A stretch of DNA of 64,000 bases, taken from positions 47,742,001 through 47,806,000 of the forward strand of contig NC_087436.1 in the NCBI RefSeq assembly GCF_036321535.1. The letters run 5' to 3'. Below, piece after piece: positions 12,170-23,800 of this stretch. Each line of letters starts with the position of its first letter. The first letter of the stretch is position 1. Below the pieces are notes generated by a model that worked only from the letters and a program-made list of their open reading frames with translations, did not search any database and was not told the DNA's origin. The DNA is from Camelus dromedarius (Eukaryota). A program made the translations under genes and the position numbers.

Positions 12170-15100
12170 GATTGAATCAGTTATCAGGAAAATTTATAGC
12201 ATTAAATAGCTATATATCAATAAAAAATCAAAATAAATGAATTAAATACCCAATTTAAAAAGCTTGAAAAACATTAATCAAAAGAAAGCATAAAGTAGGA
12301 ATTGATATAAATAAAACCAGAAATTAATGAGATAGAAAACAAAAAATAGTTCTAAAATAACATCAAGCTATTTCAATATCAAAATTGACAAACTGTTACC
12401 TAGCATAACAAAAAAGAGATGAAAGGAGGGAGAACAAACACACAACTTTAGAAGTCAAAAAGAACAATATGAAACCAAGCAATTAAAAAATTCTACTTTA
12501 GCCAACTGTATGCAAATAGATTTGAAAATCATGATAAAAGTGACTAATTTAAAATACTAACTTATCATAACTGATCCCAGCTAAGTATAAACGGAGCAAT
12601 AACCAGTAAAGAAATAGAAAAGTAATGAAGCTCTCCCACAGAAGTGCACCTAGTCAAGTTGGTTTCATACAAAAATTCTACCCAACCTTTAATGATTCGA
12701 CAACCCCAGTGCATTTAAAGTATGCCAGAGAATATAGAAAAGAAAGAAATCTTCTAATTTCATATTCTGAATCTACTATAACATTAATCCTCAAAGGTGA
12801 CAAGGATTGTACCAAAAAGAAAAAAGTACAGGAAAATGTCACTCATGAATATAATGTAAAAATCTTAAGTGAAATATTAGCAAATAGAAATCAACAGCAC
12901 ATTTGAAAAATAACTGCATTATGGCCAAGTGCTGGGATTAATTTCAGGACTGCAACATGGTTCCTTAATTTCAAGTGGTTCCCTATTAGAAATTCCATTA
13001 AATTGATATAACATATTAAGAAGATTAGGGAGAAAAATCAGGATCATCTGCAAATGTTCAGAGAAGGTATTTTACAACATTAAATATCCATTCATATTAT
13101 AAGCACTCAGTAAAATAGTAACTGATGGATATTTGGTTAACACGAACATTCTTTCTCTGTCTCTCTCTCTGTATCTTCTCTCCCTCTCTCTTTCCCACCC
13201 TCTGGTTGGAAGTATTAGCCAATGCAAATAACTCAAGAGAAAAACAACTGGAGACACAGAAATTGGAAAGGAAAAGGTAAATTATATCTATGTGGAAAGC
13301 AAATGATTATATATCTATAAATCATAAAAGAAACAATAGAAAACCATCAAAAACAGTTGAGAATTTAGTATAATGGGTTATTAAATTAACATACAAAAAT
13401 CAGTGGGCATCATATACACAAAAAAATCATCATCTAAAATAGAAATCTCATTTTATATCAAAACGGAAATTAAATTCATTTGTATGAACTTCATAAGAAA
13501 TGTTCAAAACTTAGATGAAAAAAACTGTAAAAAGTTTTTGAGAATTGAATAGAAAGACATACTCCATTCTTGGATAGGAAGATTCAATATCTTGAAGACA
13601 TTATCTACCCCTAGCTGGTTATTAGTTTAATATAATGCCAATTTTTAAAGAAGTATTTTTTCCCATAGCTAGATGGATTGATTGTGAAGTTCATTTGGAA
13701 GGAAAACAAACAAAAATAGACAGGAAAATACTAAAAAAGAAGAGAAAGTTTGTATATGCAGAGGGGGCACAGCTAGCCAGCTTTAAAATTAATTATATAC
13801 TATAAAGAATATACAATCAAGGCAGTTTGTTAACAGTAGATGAATAAACAGACTGACCAGTGGAATAAAACAGAAAATTCAGCAACTGACCCAATTGTAT
13901 AAGGAAATTAAGTATACCATAAAGGTCAGCCACATCTCAATAAATAGAAAAAGGTGAAATTTTTTGTAAGTAGTGTTGGGGATAGCAGTGTGGGAAACGA
14001 TAACATTAGATCCATTCTTTACACTTTGCAGGAAGCTAAAGTCCAAAAGGATCAGAGATGAAGTGTAAAAAGCAAAAAGTTATAAAAGTTCTGAAGGAAA
14101 ACATGGGTGAATTCCTACAAATCTTAGGAATGAGAAAACTTTCCTAATTGATTCAAAATCCAGAAGCAATAAAGGAGAAGGTTGAAATTTTTGATTGCAT
14201 TAGATTTTTGCATGGCAAAATATACTGTAAGTAAATATACAAGTAACAAACTGGGAACAATATTTGCAACTTGTGTTAGAGACCAGGGTTAATATTCCAA
14301 ATATACATAGAATACATGAAAGTAAATGGATGTGAAACTATAGAAAAATGAGTGAAAATACAAACAGATAAAAGAAAAAAATGCAAATGTCTCTAAACTA
14401 TGTGAAAAGATGCTCATGATGGGAGGAATGCAAAATAAAACAAGTCTGAGATGGCATCTTTTTCCTATCTGACAATCACTCAATTTTGTCAACTTTCTTT
14501 TTTCAAGGCTAATGCAAATACAAAATGGCATAACCACTATGGAAGGAAATTTAGCATTGCTTAGCAAAATTACATGTTTATTTACTTTTGGATGCTGCAA
14601 ACATCCCACTTTTAAGAATCTATCCCTATAACATTTTGGCAAAGCACAAAAAGATTTGTTCATAAGGCTATTAATTGCAACATACTTTATGATACCAAAA
14701 GATTGGAAGTAATCTAAATGTTCATGGTGGAAGGAACTGCCCTCTATCAGCACAGTGGAATAGTATGCAACTGTAAGAAGTAATGTAAAAATCTTGATAC
14801 AGTATTATGAGTGATGTCCAGGATACAGTTGTTAAAGGAAAAAACAAAGATGGAGAAAAATGTGTATGGCATGTTACTATTTATCTAAGAAACGGAAACT
14901 ATATTGGTTACATTTTAAAGTGAAAAATAAGCCATAAAAAAAGGAATGTGAGTGCCTAGTGAGTCATTTAGTAGGCAGAACTGGTGCTTGGTATAAAGAG
15001 GGAGAGAACAGGCTAGAGGTGACAGAGATGAGATGGACTCCTTTGAATATACTTTAAGCATTTGACTTTGGAACAATGTTAACATTTTACATAGTTACAA

Positions 15101-15480
15101 TATAAAATTAAATAATTACAGACTCCTTAGTATCAAAAAGAAAATGATACAATTGAAACTGTGCATCCAGTTGGCATTGCTATGGCATGGTGGTGTGGTG
15201 GTGCACACACAGAGGGACGATTCTAAGTGACTTTAAAATACAATAACTTGTATTTTCTTAATGGAATATGTCCTCATGATCAAAATAACAGCAAAATATT
15301 TTAATATCTGTTTTCAGTAATCATATATTAGTAGTAGTTTGTCATTATTATATGAAAGATGATATATATTGTGGGATAGAACAGATGAGATATTGATGTT
15401 GAAAGTGAGTTTTATGTTTATGGTGTGGTAAAAGAACATAACAGACATGAGATATGTGAATTGAAAATACCAATGTAAAA
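12170..15480 (+). mobile_element. Ancient L1 (L1ME/L1MC-like), decayed ORF2 plus 3'UTR, about 3.3 kb
   Basis: Collinear ORF2 motifs: GKFIALN (12187), EINEIE (12320), KIDK (12381), QLYAN (12502). ORF 12625-12906 ends in SYSESTITLILK..KDCTKK...KILSEILANRNQQHI, versus the L1 consensus SFYEASITLIPKPDKD..KILNKILANRIQQHI. Also LEVLANA (13206) and PFLDRKIQY-type sequence (13560). Many stops and frameshifts. Confidence 0.92.
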
Positions 15481-15562
15481 TTGGGTTGCTTCCCTGTCTT
15501 GACCATTGTAAATAGTGCTGCTACGACCATTGGGATGCATGTATCTTTCTGAATTAGTTTTT
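15481..15562 (-). mobile_element. Short, younger L1 ORF2 C-terminal fragment
   Basis: Minus-strand translation MVVAALFTMVKTGKQPN versus the L1 ORF2 consensus MFIAALFTIAKTWKQPK. No poly(A) or TSD visible. Confidence 0.85.
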
Positions 15563-16025
15563 TCTACTGTATGCCAGTACTGTGCTAGGTGTTGAAATTC
15601 CGTGATGAGCAAAAGAGACTTAGATCTGTGACTACATTGAGTTTGTAGTGTCTTTGAAGCAGAGACCCATTTGTTAATACTCTCTTGAATATATCGCTAC
15701 AAATCAGTTAGAGCTAAGCAGGTAAGGACAGAGATTCCATTTCAGTGCATAAATAAACACACCTGACCTGTCCAGTTTAGGGGTGCAGGAAGGGATTCTC
15801 TATAGAAGTGCTATCTGAAGGGAGATTAGAAGGTTTCAGAGGGATTAATTGGAGTGTGTGAGGCTGGAGCATTAGTAATGAAGGACAGAGTCTCTGTGAA
15901 GGTCCTGAGGTGGGAGGACTGATCAACCTAAAGGAAAGGAGACCAGTGAGGCTGAAAGCAGCCAGCCAGAGGCAGAGTAGTCAGAGATGTGGGGGAGAAG
16001 AGAGCAGAGACCAGATCATCCTTGG
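15563..16025 (-). mobile_element. L2 fragment
   Basis: 'ctactgtatgccagtactgtgctaggtgttg...gtgatgagcaaaagagac' through 'gaaggtcctgaggtgggag...gaccagtgaggctgaagc...ccagatcat'. Confidence 0.8.
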
Positions 16026-16519
16026 GTCCTTTTCCCCCTATGTTTCTGAGAGTGTGTAATGTGACAACTCAGATACAGCCAAATGCAATTCCCAGCAGCA
16101 CATTTTATTTATAAAATATTCAAGTTTTCCAAAGCATCTGCTTTGAACTCCTCAAATATTCACATTCATGTTGTTGATATTTGGAGCTCCTCCATACTCT
16201 TGTGCATTTCCCACAATTTAAACTCATGAGATAAATAAATATCTGGTAGATATTCCTATTATTTATAGGCAGTAATGTTCTAACATCTAGGCAAGGGAGG
16301 CTCTGCCCCGGTCTTCTGGTCTGGCCTTCGTCCAGCCATGCCTCCCCTGGGAGGAAAAAGACTATGAGGCTAGACTTGGTGCCAGTTCAGAGCCTCGCCC
16401 CCACTCCCTCCCTGCTGAATTATTCTCTGTGTACGTGGGAGCCTAGAATTTCCTGCCCAAACAATACCAATTAACTTTGAGTTAATTTTTATTACAAAAT
16501 AATATATGCTTATTGAAAT

Positions 16520-17685
16520 TATGAAAGATAAAAAAGTAAGCATTAAAAACAAAATATGTTCATAGTGTTATCAACTAAAGACAGATACTCAACATTTTAG
16601 GATAGTTTTTATCTAAAATTATCTTATGCTTTATAAAATAATACAGGGTAATTGAGTTTATATCCTACACAATTCTTGTTATAGTTTTTCAGTTAACATT
16701 ATAACATAAAGTTTTTATGCTATTCAAAACAGTGATCACAAGGTAAACCTTAGTTTATTTAATCATTTATTATTTGATTTTCAAAGTGTTTCCTTTTGCT
16801 TAACTAATTATTTGCCATTATAATTGTCACTGCGTAAAGCATCTCTCTGTGTGCTTAAACTTCGTCCACATGTCAGTTTATTTCCCTCGGCTAAATTTCT
16901 AGGAGTCAAACTGTATGAGCATTTTTAAGGTCTTTGAAATATATTGCCACATCTATTCTTAGAAATTTTACAGCCTTTTACATTCTAAACACCAGGTTAT
17001 GAGGATGTATGTGCTGATTTCCTCACATTTTCCCTAAAACTGAGTGTTATCACTGAAAAAAATTCTACTAATCTGACAGTTATAGTGGTATTGTGTGTGT
17101 GTGTCCATTATCTGTTCATAGTTCTTTTTCAGTTTATTTATGGAGATTTTGGTGTTTGTTGCAACAATTTCTCTGGGCACTTTATGTGGGGATGATATAT
17201 TAACTCTGATATTTTTTATGAATATTTTCCCTAGCTTGTTTTTCACCTTCTTATTCTGGTCAGTTTAATTGACACACAAACTTTAAAATATTTATGTAAT
17301 TAAATATATTTAGCTTTTATATTGTGCTTTCCCCATTGCTTTTAAGCTTAGTGAGCCTTCCCTGTGCAGAAATCAACTTACATTCAACAATATTTTTTTT
17401 TTGCTGCATACAATTTTTGCAATTAACTCTTTAATCCACATAGAGATTATTTCAGTGTATGATAAAAACTAAATTGATCACACATTGATTTCCTCCCAAT
17501 AACTCTAGTTGTCTTAACTTTGTTGGTCAAGCATACCATCTTTGCCCCCTTGGTTTGGGATGTCTCCCTTTTATCAGTTACTAAAACACTGAATCAGGCT
17601 ATCTATTTTGTTTCGGTAACCTATTTATTTTGGCGCCAGTGTAAGTAAGAGTTTAAACTATGGTGGTGGTAAAGTATGTCTATAC
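16520..17685 (-). mobile_element. Ancient L1ME-like ORF2 end/3'UTR
   Basis: 'gtttatttccctcggctaaatttctaggagtcaaa', 'atattgccacat', 'taactctttaatccacatagagattatttcagtgtatg' and 'ttggcgccagtg' match reverse-complemented L1 ORF2. Confidence 0.75.
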
Positions 17686-18324
17686 TGCCCGATTACACTA
17701 TTAGTTGGAGGAACGATGTCAGTGGTTGTATCTCTGAGAGAGCACTAGGAATGGAAGGAAACCCACTCCTCAAGTCCAAGTTGCTCTAAGTACACAATGA
17801 GCTCTTTGAAGAAAGATTTTATGTGTTTGGACTCTGTCCATAGGGTTCAGCAAAATGCTATCGACACTGTGCAAGTTCAAATGATATTTTCTATCATCTG
17901 CCTGGACAGAGGCCAGCAGGAGAACTGATTTCAGCAGCCATTTCCAGAGAGACTATCAAAGTTCTGCTTTCAAAACTTGCCAAGGCGAGTGAAGAGTGGA
18001 AGCACGGACCAAAGTCTTTGGCTTTTTGTCTGTCTGGTCACTTTCTCTAAGGTCTCTGGGAGATGCAACTGCTGTTCTTCTGTGCTAAGCTATTAAGAAC
18101 CTGCTGAGATTTTCCTTTTACTTTGTTTGAATGAGGGATGGATTATGAGTATCTCCAGGTAAGATATGGATAAAGTATGGCAGGAGACATTAGAATGAAG
18201 TGGGGAGCTACTGATGAGGAACTGTTTGATGCATTTTAAAGGCTTACCTGTGAAATCATAAGTAGAGTCCTCTTTAACTTCTCATACGTTAGAAAGAGTG
18301 ATCATTATCAAACAAGAATTAATT

Positions 18325-18465
18325 AGAAAAGGTCCTGAGAAATCAGCTAGTCTGATTCCTTTACTTTATAGATTAAGGAGAGAGAGAGAGATCCAAAGAA
18401 GATCCTAACATCTGTTTTTATGGTTATACAGTTAATTAATTAGTACAGAAATCTCCTAACTCCTC
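18325..18465 (-). mobile_element. Degraded MIR/MIR3
   Basis: 'aaatcagctagtctgattccttttactttatagattaaggag...ggttatacagttaatt...tctcctaactcc'. Confidence 0.5.
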
Positions 18466-18930
18466 TTTCAGTCCCCTTATTTTTTTTATGCTGACTTAAT
18501 TAATTAAAAAGACAGTGACAATTTGAGCCCTCCCAGAACCTCTGATGCTTTTCTTGCTATGTAACAGTAAGTAGAGAATTTGTGTTTGGAAAATTCCTAG
18601 TGAGTTGCAGTGGGCCTCTTAAGAATTTTCCCATTTTTATTTTCTCTCCCCAATCCCAAGAAATTAAGCCATAGACTAATCAATTCACTGGAATTTAATA
18701 GTTTTTCTCTTTTCTTATGCTTTGAGAGCAGAGCCTCTTCAAACCTGGCTCTAAACTCAAACATGTGATATGCTTTCTAGTGTCACTTGTAAGACAAAGG
18801 GCAGAAGGAAACTAAAGTTGCTGAACCATCTCAGAATTATGTTCAGTGAAGCATTGTAACAGTGTAATACAGTGTCTCCACTCCCAACAGTGGCTCACAT
18901 GTGCTTTCATTCATTACCTGAAACTTTCTT

Positions 18931-19167
18931 TTTATGTATTTATTTATTTTATTGAAGTGTAGTTGATTTATAAGGTTGTGTTAATTTCTGGTGTACAGCA
19001 TAGTGATATATATATATATATATTCCTTTTCATATTCTTTTTCATTATAGGCTATTACAAGACAGTGAAAACAGTTGCCTGTGCTATACAGTAGGACCTT
19101 GTTGCTTCTCTATTTTATATGTAGTAGTTAGTATCCACAAATCTCAAACTCCAAATTTATTCCTCCT
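18931..19167 (-). mobile_element. Young 5'-truncated L1 3' end (camelid-type) with 13-bp TSD
   Basis: Perfect direct repeat CTGAAACTTTCTT at 18918-18930 and 19168-19180. A-rich tail (TTTA)n at 18931-18950. The target reads TT|AAGA on the minus strand (L1 endonuclease consensus). The body matches an artiodactyl L1 3'UTR ('tactgtatagcacagg', 'gctgtacaccagaaattaacacaac'). Confidence 0.93.
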
Positions 19168-20269
19168 CTGAAACTTTCTTAATTTTTAAAATTTCCATCC
19201 CTCATGATGAAAAGAAGCAGTTGTTTAAGTTGAAAAGTAAAATGCGAATATGAGTCAAGACAGATCTATGTGATTTTGAAATGGGGAGGGGTATTGGAAT
19301 CCATTTTTTTTTCTTGTTTATTCTCAAGAATGATCAGTTTTTCAGGATACCAGAAAACCACCTCAGAAAGCAAATGGCTAAAGGCATGTCTAATTCATGT
19401 ACCATAACTGTCATATAATTTAAATTAAAAACACTGTTACTGAGTAGAGAAACAGGCCGTACATTATCTAGCTGTGTATGTCCAACCTCCTGTTATCACT
19501 AAAGCAGATATAATTTTCCTTTTGAGAAGATTTTTGTGCAGAATTGCTTAGTGAAGATTTGTTTTTGTGTTTTATATTTAAAAAATTCAATGAATTAAAA
19601 TGTTCCATAGATTAATGGGGAGTTTAGGCCTCCAAAGATACGTTCTTTATTTCTTTGGTATTAATGTAAGAAATCAAGGGAAGTCACAAAGACCACTCTT
19701 ATTATCAGAATGTTCTCCATGATTTTGAACATACCAGAGAGGAAATTCTTGATGTGTCAACATCAGAGCTTAAACTGCTAAGACTTACTGTATTGATTAG
19801 AAGAGGATACAATTAGTTTTTCTCTTTACAAAGGGAAGGCATTGACTGTGGCTTAATAGGTTGTATAATAAATGCTGTCTTTTTGTGCTTTGAGTCTGTT
19901 ATTGCATCCGTATTTTATGAAAAACTCGTATTTTGGGCATAGCAGTGGGACTCATTTGAATTAGGTTTGCTGAAAAGAATCTTTCCAAATTACAGGATGT
20001 AAAAGGCTAATGCAGTAGACTTGCCTAAAGATTTTCTGGAACAATGATTAGGCCTGAAGACTCTTAGGATGAGAAGTGGTTGCAGTGAAGAACACCCAGA
20101 GCTCCCTCAGGTGGGAGTGGCAGAGTCCTTCTAGGAAAGGCATGATTCTTACCCCAAAACAGCTCCATGAAAAAAAGCCCATTGTCTTTCTGACTGACTT
20201 CCCCAAATTCCTCAGTGCAAAGCAAATCGTCTATGAAATTTTCTTTCAGTTTTTCAAATGAAATACGTT

Positions 20270-20279
20270 TGAGTCAGCA
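20270..20279 (+). promoter_or_regulatory. NRF2/NFE2-sMAF antioxidant-response-element motif
   Basis: Exact TGAGTCAGCA in non-repeat sequence. Motif match only. Confidence 0.3.
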
Positions 20280-20834
20280 TCCCAACATATTGAGAAACAG
20301 AAAGGAGTTTCATGACATTGAGTATACTTAGTGCGTATTTGCTGCAGAAATGTCATGGGATAGGGTCAATTGCATCAAAAGAGAACAGTTTTGAAAAAGA
20401 AAAAAGACCCTTAGATATTTTTAGGCCTTTAAACACTATATAGAAAAGTGGTCAAAGTGGCCTTAGGATCCTGGTGAAAATTTGTTTTTAAAAGTAGATA
20501 TCAAAACTTCCTAGCTTCCTTGTATCTTTTAATTGGAGGAATATACTTCTTTTTCTAGTACATAACTCTTGTGAACATATATTTGAAAAAAACATGAAAT
20601 CTTTGAGGGAGCAATGTACTCAGAAAGGAAAAATTATGGGGAATGTTGTGTGAATGGGATGAAGGAGGAAAGAAAAGCTGAATGGGGTAAAATGAATAGT
20701 TTCTAGTACATCTCAAGATCCAACTTAAAAAGCAATCTAGAAAAAAAAACTAAGAAAAGTTGGTCATTTTTAGTAGATTTTTTTTTCTATTCTGGGCAAG
20801 AGAAGTAATGGGAACATGAAATAATATGACTGTT

Positions 20835-20940
20835 TTTCCCACTCTTCCTCTCTCGATCTCACCCCCTATCTGTCCTTCCTCCTTCCTTCCTTCCTCTCCC
20901 CCCTTCTTCCTTCCTCCCTTCCTTCCCTCACTCTTTTCTA
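20835..20940. repeat. CT-rich low-complexity tract with (CCTT)n units
   Basis: Seen directly. Confidence 0.85.
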
Positions 20941-21039
20941 CTATAACAAACTGAGGAAAGGACATTATCAAGGAAGGGCATATAAATGGACCTTTGAAAA
21001 GCAATTGACTTACAGTTATTATTTGGTATTAAGAAAGGA

Positions 21040-21210
21040 GTACTTAGCCTGGAGAACCCTCAGGAATCTAAGGGTGAGATTTGATGGTTTGTGAATTCCC
21101 AGAATTGTCAGCATGTGCCTATGTGCAATTTTCAAGGGAGAGAGTGGGCTCTTATCTTTCACCAGATTCTCCAGGGGTTCCATGGCTTAGAAAAGAGTAA
21201 GAACCACTGA
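21040..21210 (-). mobile_element. hAT-Charlie non-autonomous DNA transposon (MER103-like)
   Basis: Ends '...tttcaccagattctccaggggttccatggcttagaaaagagtaagaaccactg', the reverse complement of the Charlie-type terminus cagtggttcttaac...gacccctttgagaatctg. Confidence 0.6.
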
Positions 21211-21389
21211 TGTATAGCATATGAAGCAAAATCAATAGTTAGATACTATTATGATCTTTAAACGTTATTTTGGTATAATATGGTTTTCTCAATACACACC
21301 TTTTTCAGTAAATTTTAGATTATGATTTTTCATGTGTACTACCAAAAGAGGATTTCTTTTTCTACTTGAAATTTTGCATCTCACTCAAA

Positions 21390-21972
21390 TTAATGCACAA
21401 AATTTGTGGGAGACAGAACTTGCATAGTCTCAATTGATCTCCTACAAATTTATTACCTCCAAAGAGAAAGACAGTAACTTCACGATGGAGAAGCACAGCA
21501 GACACCAGCTTACTCAATTGACCAAGATTAACATCACGAGTAGTAAGACATTATTACACTATTAATCCTTTGATAAGAGACAAAAGTCAGAAGAACCCAA
21601 ATTGAGAAACACTACAAAGTAACTTGCCAATTATCTTCAAAAACGTCAACATCATGAGAAACCTGGAAAACCGAGGAACTGTTACAGATCAGAGGAAGCT
21701 GAGGAGGTATAACAACTTAATGCAAGGTGGAATCCTGGTAGGATCCTGGAATAGAAAAAGGACATTAGTGAAAAAAACTGGTGAAATTTGAATAAGGTCT
21801 GTAATTTAGTCAACAAGATTGTACCAAGGTTGAACTCTAAGCTTTGATAATTGTGCAATGGTTATGTAAGATGTTAATAGAAGGAAAGGGCATACAGGAA
21901 CTCTCTGTAAGTCTAAACTACTAAGTTTTCTATCAGTCTAAATTTAATTCAAAATAAAAAGTTAAAAAAATC
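21390..21972 (+). mobile_element. L1MC-like 3'UTR ending in an A-rich tail
   Basis: 'agtaacttcacgatggagaagcacagcagacaccagcttactcaattgaccaagattaacatcac', 'ggatcctggaatagaaaaaggacattagtgaaaaaaactggtgaaatttgaataaggtctg', 'ggaactctctgta' and 'caaaataaaaagttaaaaaaa'. Confidence 0.88.
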
Positions 21973-22649
21973 CAGAGAGAGAACAATAGATCTCCAATGA
22001 CATAATCTTAACATTTGTGTACAGCTCTGTCTGAAATCTGACAATTTTCTCCTAACATTCTCCTTAGGTGAGAAAATACATTACCCTTTATCTTCAAAAG
22101 ATCTAAGCAAAATAATATTCTCTATCTTAACTTTGTTACTCTGGACATTACTTGAGCCCAAGAGTATATGATGTCCTGTTGTTACTTTAATCTTTCCTTC
22201 TTTTTTGATTTTTGTAGACTTTTGAATATGGATTCTAGTTGACAGCAGCTTCCTGACTCTACTGTGCTTTATTCTTGACCTAGAGCACACATCACATCTT
22301 GGTGTGACTTTTGGACGTGGTTCATTGACATGAAGTGCATGGATGTTTCTTTTTGTATTTTCCATAATTATTAGAACCTCAGTTATGACCTTTTGGCATT
22401 AAACATGAATACACTGCCTTTTTCCTTTCTCGTGATGTTTGTGGAACCCTTCTAAGCAGTAATACTATATTATTTACTAGCAGACACCCAACAACTATCT
22501 GTGTAAGAGGATGTATGGCTATCTTACACTCTGTTCCTCTATGATTCATTTAAAAATACTTGAGTGACTATTATGTGTTATAAACTATTTTTCCACAGAG
22601 AATGATACAGTTAAGATCCCTGCTAGATTCTCACCATTGTAACTGATTT

Positions 22650-22895
22650 TGAACCCACAGGAAGGAGGAAAGAGGGAACCCAGGGTAAGTGCATTTGCAT
22701 CGTAGGGATCACTTGGAGGCTGTATCCACACCAGTTCTGCTCATTTCCATTAGCCCAAATGTGGTCATACGGCTTCATCTCCTTCATGCCAAGGAAGCAG
22801 AGAGATCAGTTCTCTTGCTGAGCAGCCTTGTGCTTCCTAACACTTGGGGGGGGGGGGCTATTATTTTAAAGAAGATGGAGAGAATGGGGAGTGGA
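22650..22895 (-). mobile_element. MLT1J-like MaLR LTR fragment
   Basis: 'ttctgctcatttccattagcccaaatgtggtcatacggc...caaggaagcagagagatcagttctc...gctattattttaaagaagatggagagaatgg' resembles reversed MLT1J. Confidence 0.7.
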
Positions 22896-23060
22896 TTTTA
22901 AATGCAGGAGTCATATATTCAGATCTGTGTCTTAAAAAGTTCATTTTAATAGCTTTGTGAACAACAGACTTCAGTGGAGGCAAAAGTGGAAATGAGGAAA
23001 CCACTTAGGAGGCGACTTGTAGTAGCTCAAGTGGCAGGTGATGGTGGCTTCTTGGTGTTG
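22896..23060 (-). mobile_element. L2 fragment
   Basis: 'tcagatctgtgtcttaaaaagttcattttaatagctttgtg...gaaaccacttaggaggcgacttgtagtagctcaagtggcaggtgatggtggctt'. Confidence 0.75.
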
Positions 23061-23316
23061 GCAGGGTATATGCTCCATTTTTAGCCATTAACTGTGGATT
23101 TTCACTTGGATAATGAAATCATTGTAAAACTTGATAAAATATAGGTCATTTATTATAATTATGATCGTCTTCACGTAATTATTGTTTGCTCCACTTGGAG
23201 GTAGATCACATTACTGCATGTACAATGATTTTACAAGTAAATATAATAACTTACTTTGGCTTATTTTGGCCACCAGGCAAATAGTTCTGATTTGCTCAAC
23301 AATATGACAACAGCTG

Positions 23317-23800
23317 GGAGATGAGTAGGAAGTTTTTGTGGTAGTGCAAGTGAGACATAGCAGTGGCTTAGACTAGGGTTGTAGCCATGCAAATGGAGAA
23401 AAGAGAGAAAAAGCAGGGTATATTTAGAAGTGAAGCCAACAAAACTGGCAAGTAGGATGTGAGAGAGGTGCGAGAAAGGGAAATTAAGAACAGCTCAGGG
23501 CCTCTAGCCTTGATCAGTTTGGTGAACATTGCTGGCATTTACTGAGCTGGAGAAGTTTGTAGAGAAATGAGTTGCCAGGGGCCAATGAGAATCAAGATTT
23601 CTTTTTCATTTATGTTAGGTTTGAGATACACATGAAAAAAAAATGGATGTCTAATAGATGATTAAATATAAACACATGGAGTCTGCAGGTCAGGTCAAGG
23701 GAAAGAAAATCTATACATTGACTAGGAGTCTCTGCTACAAAGATGCTCCTGGGAAGTTTGAAGAATGAGATGAGGCAAATAACCTCAGAGAAAAGTGGAA
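23317..23800 (-). mobile_element. L2 fragment
   Basis: 'gtagtgcaagtgagacatagcagtggcttagactagggttgtagc...gcatttactgagctggagaag...atgttaggtttgagata'. Confidence 0.8.

Noticed and set aside
12625..12906. 93-aa ORF with reverse-transcriptase-like sequence
   Set aside because: A frameshifted remnant of an ancient L1 ORF2, not an intact RT.
14289..14753. Longest ORF (154 aa, minus strand)
   Set aside because: Antisense to decayed L1 ORF2; chance open frame.
23060..23316. AT-rich insert between two L2 pieces, possibly a DNA transposon
   Set aside because: Could not identify TIRs, a TSD or a family with confidence.
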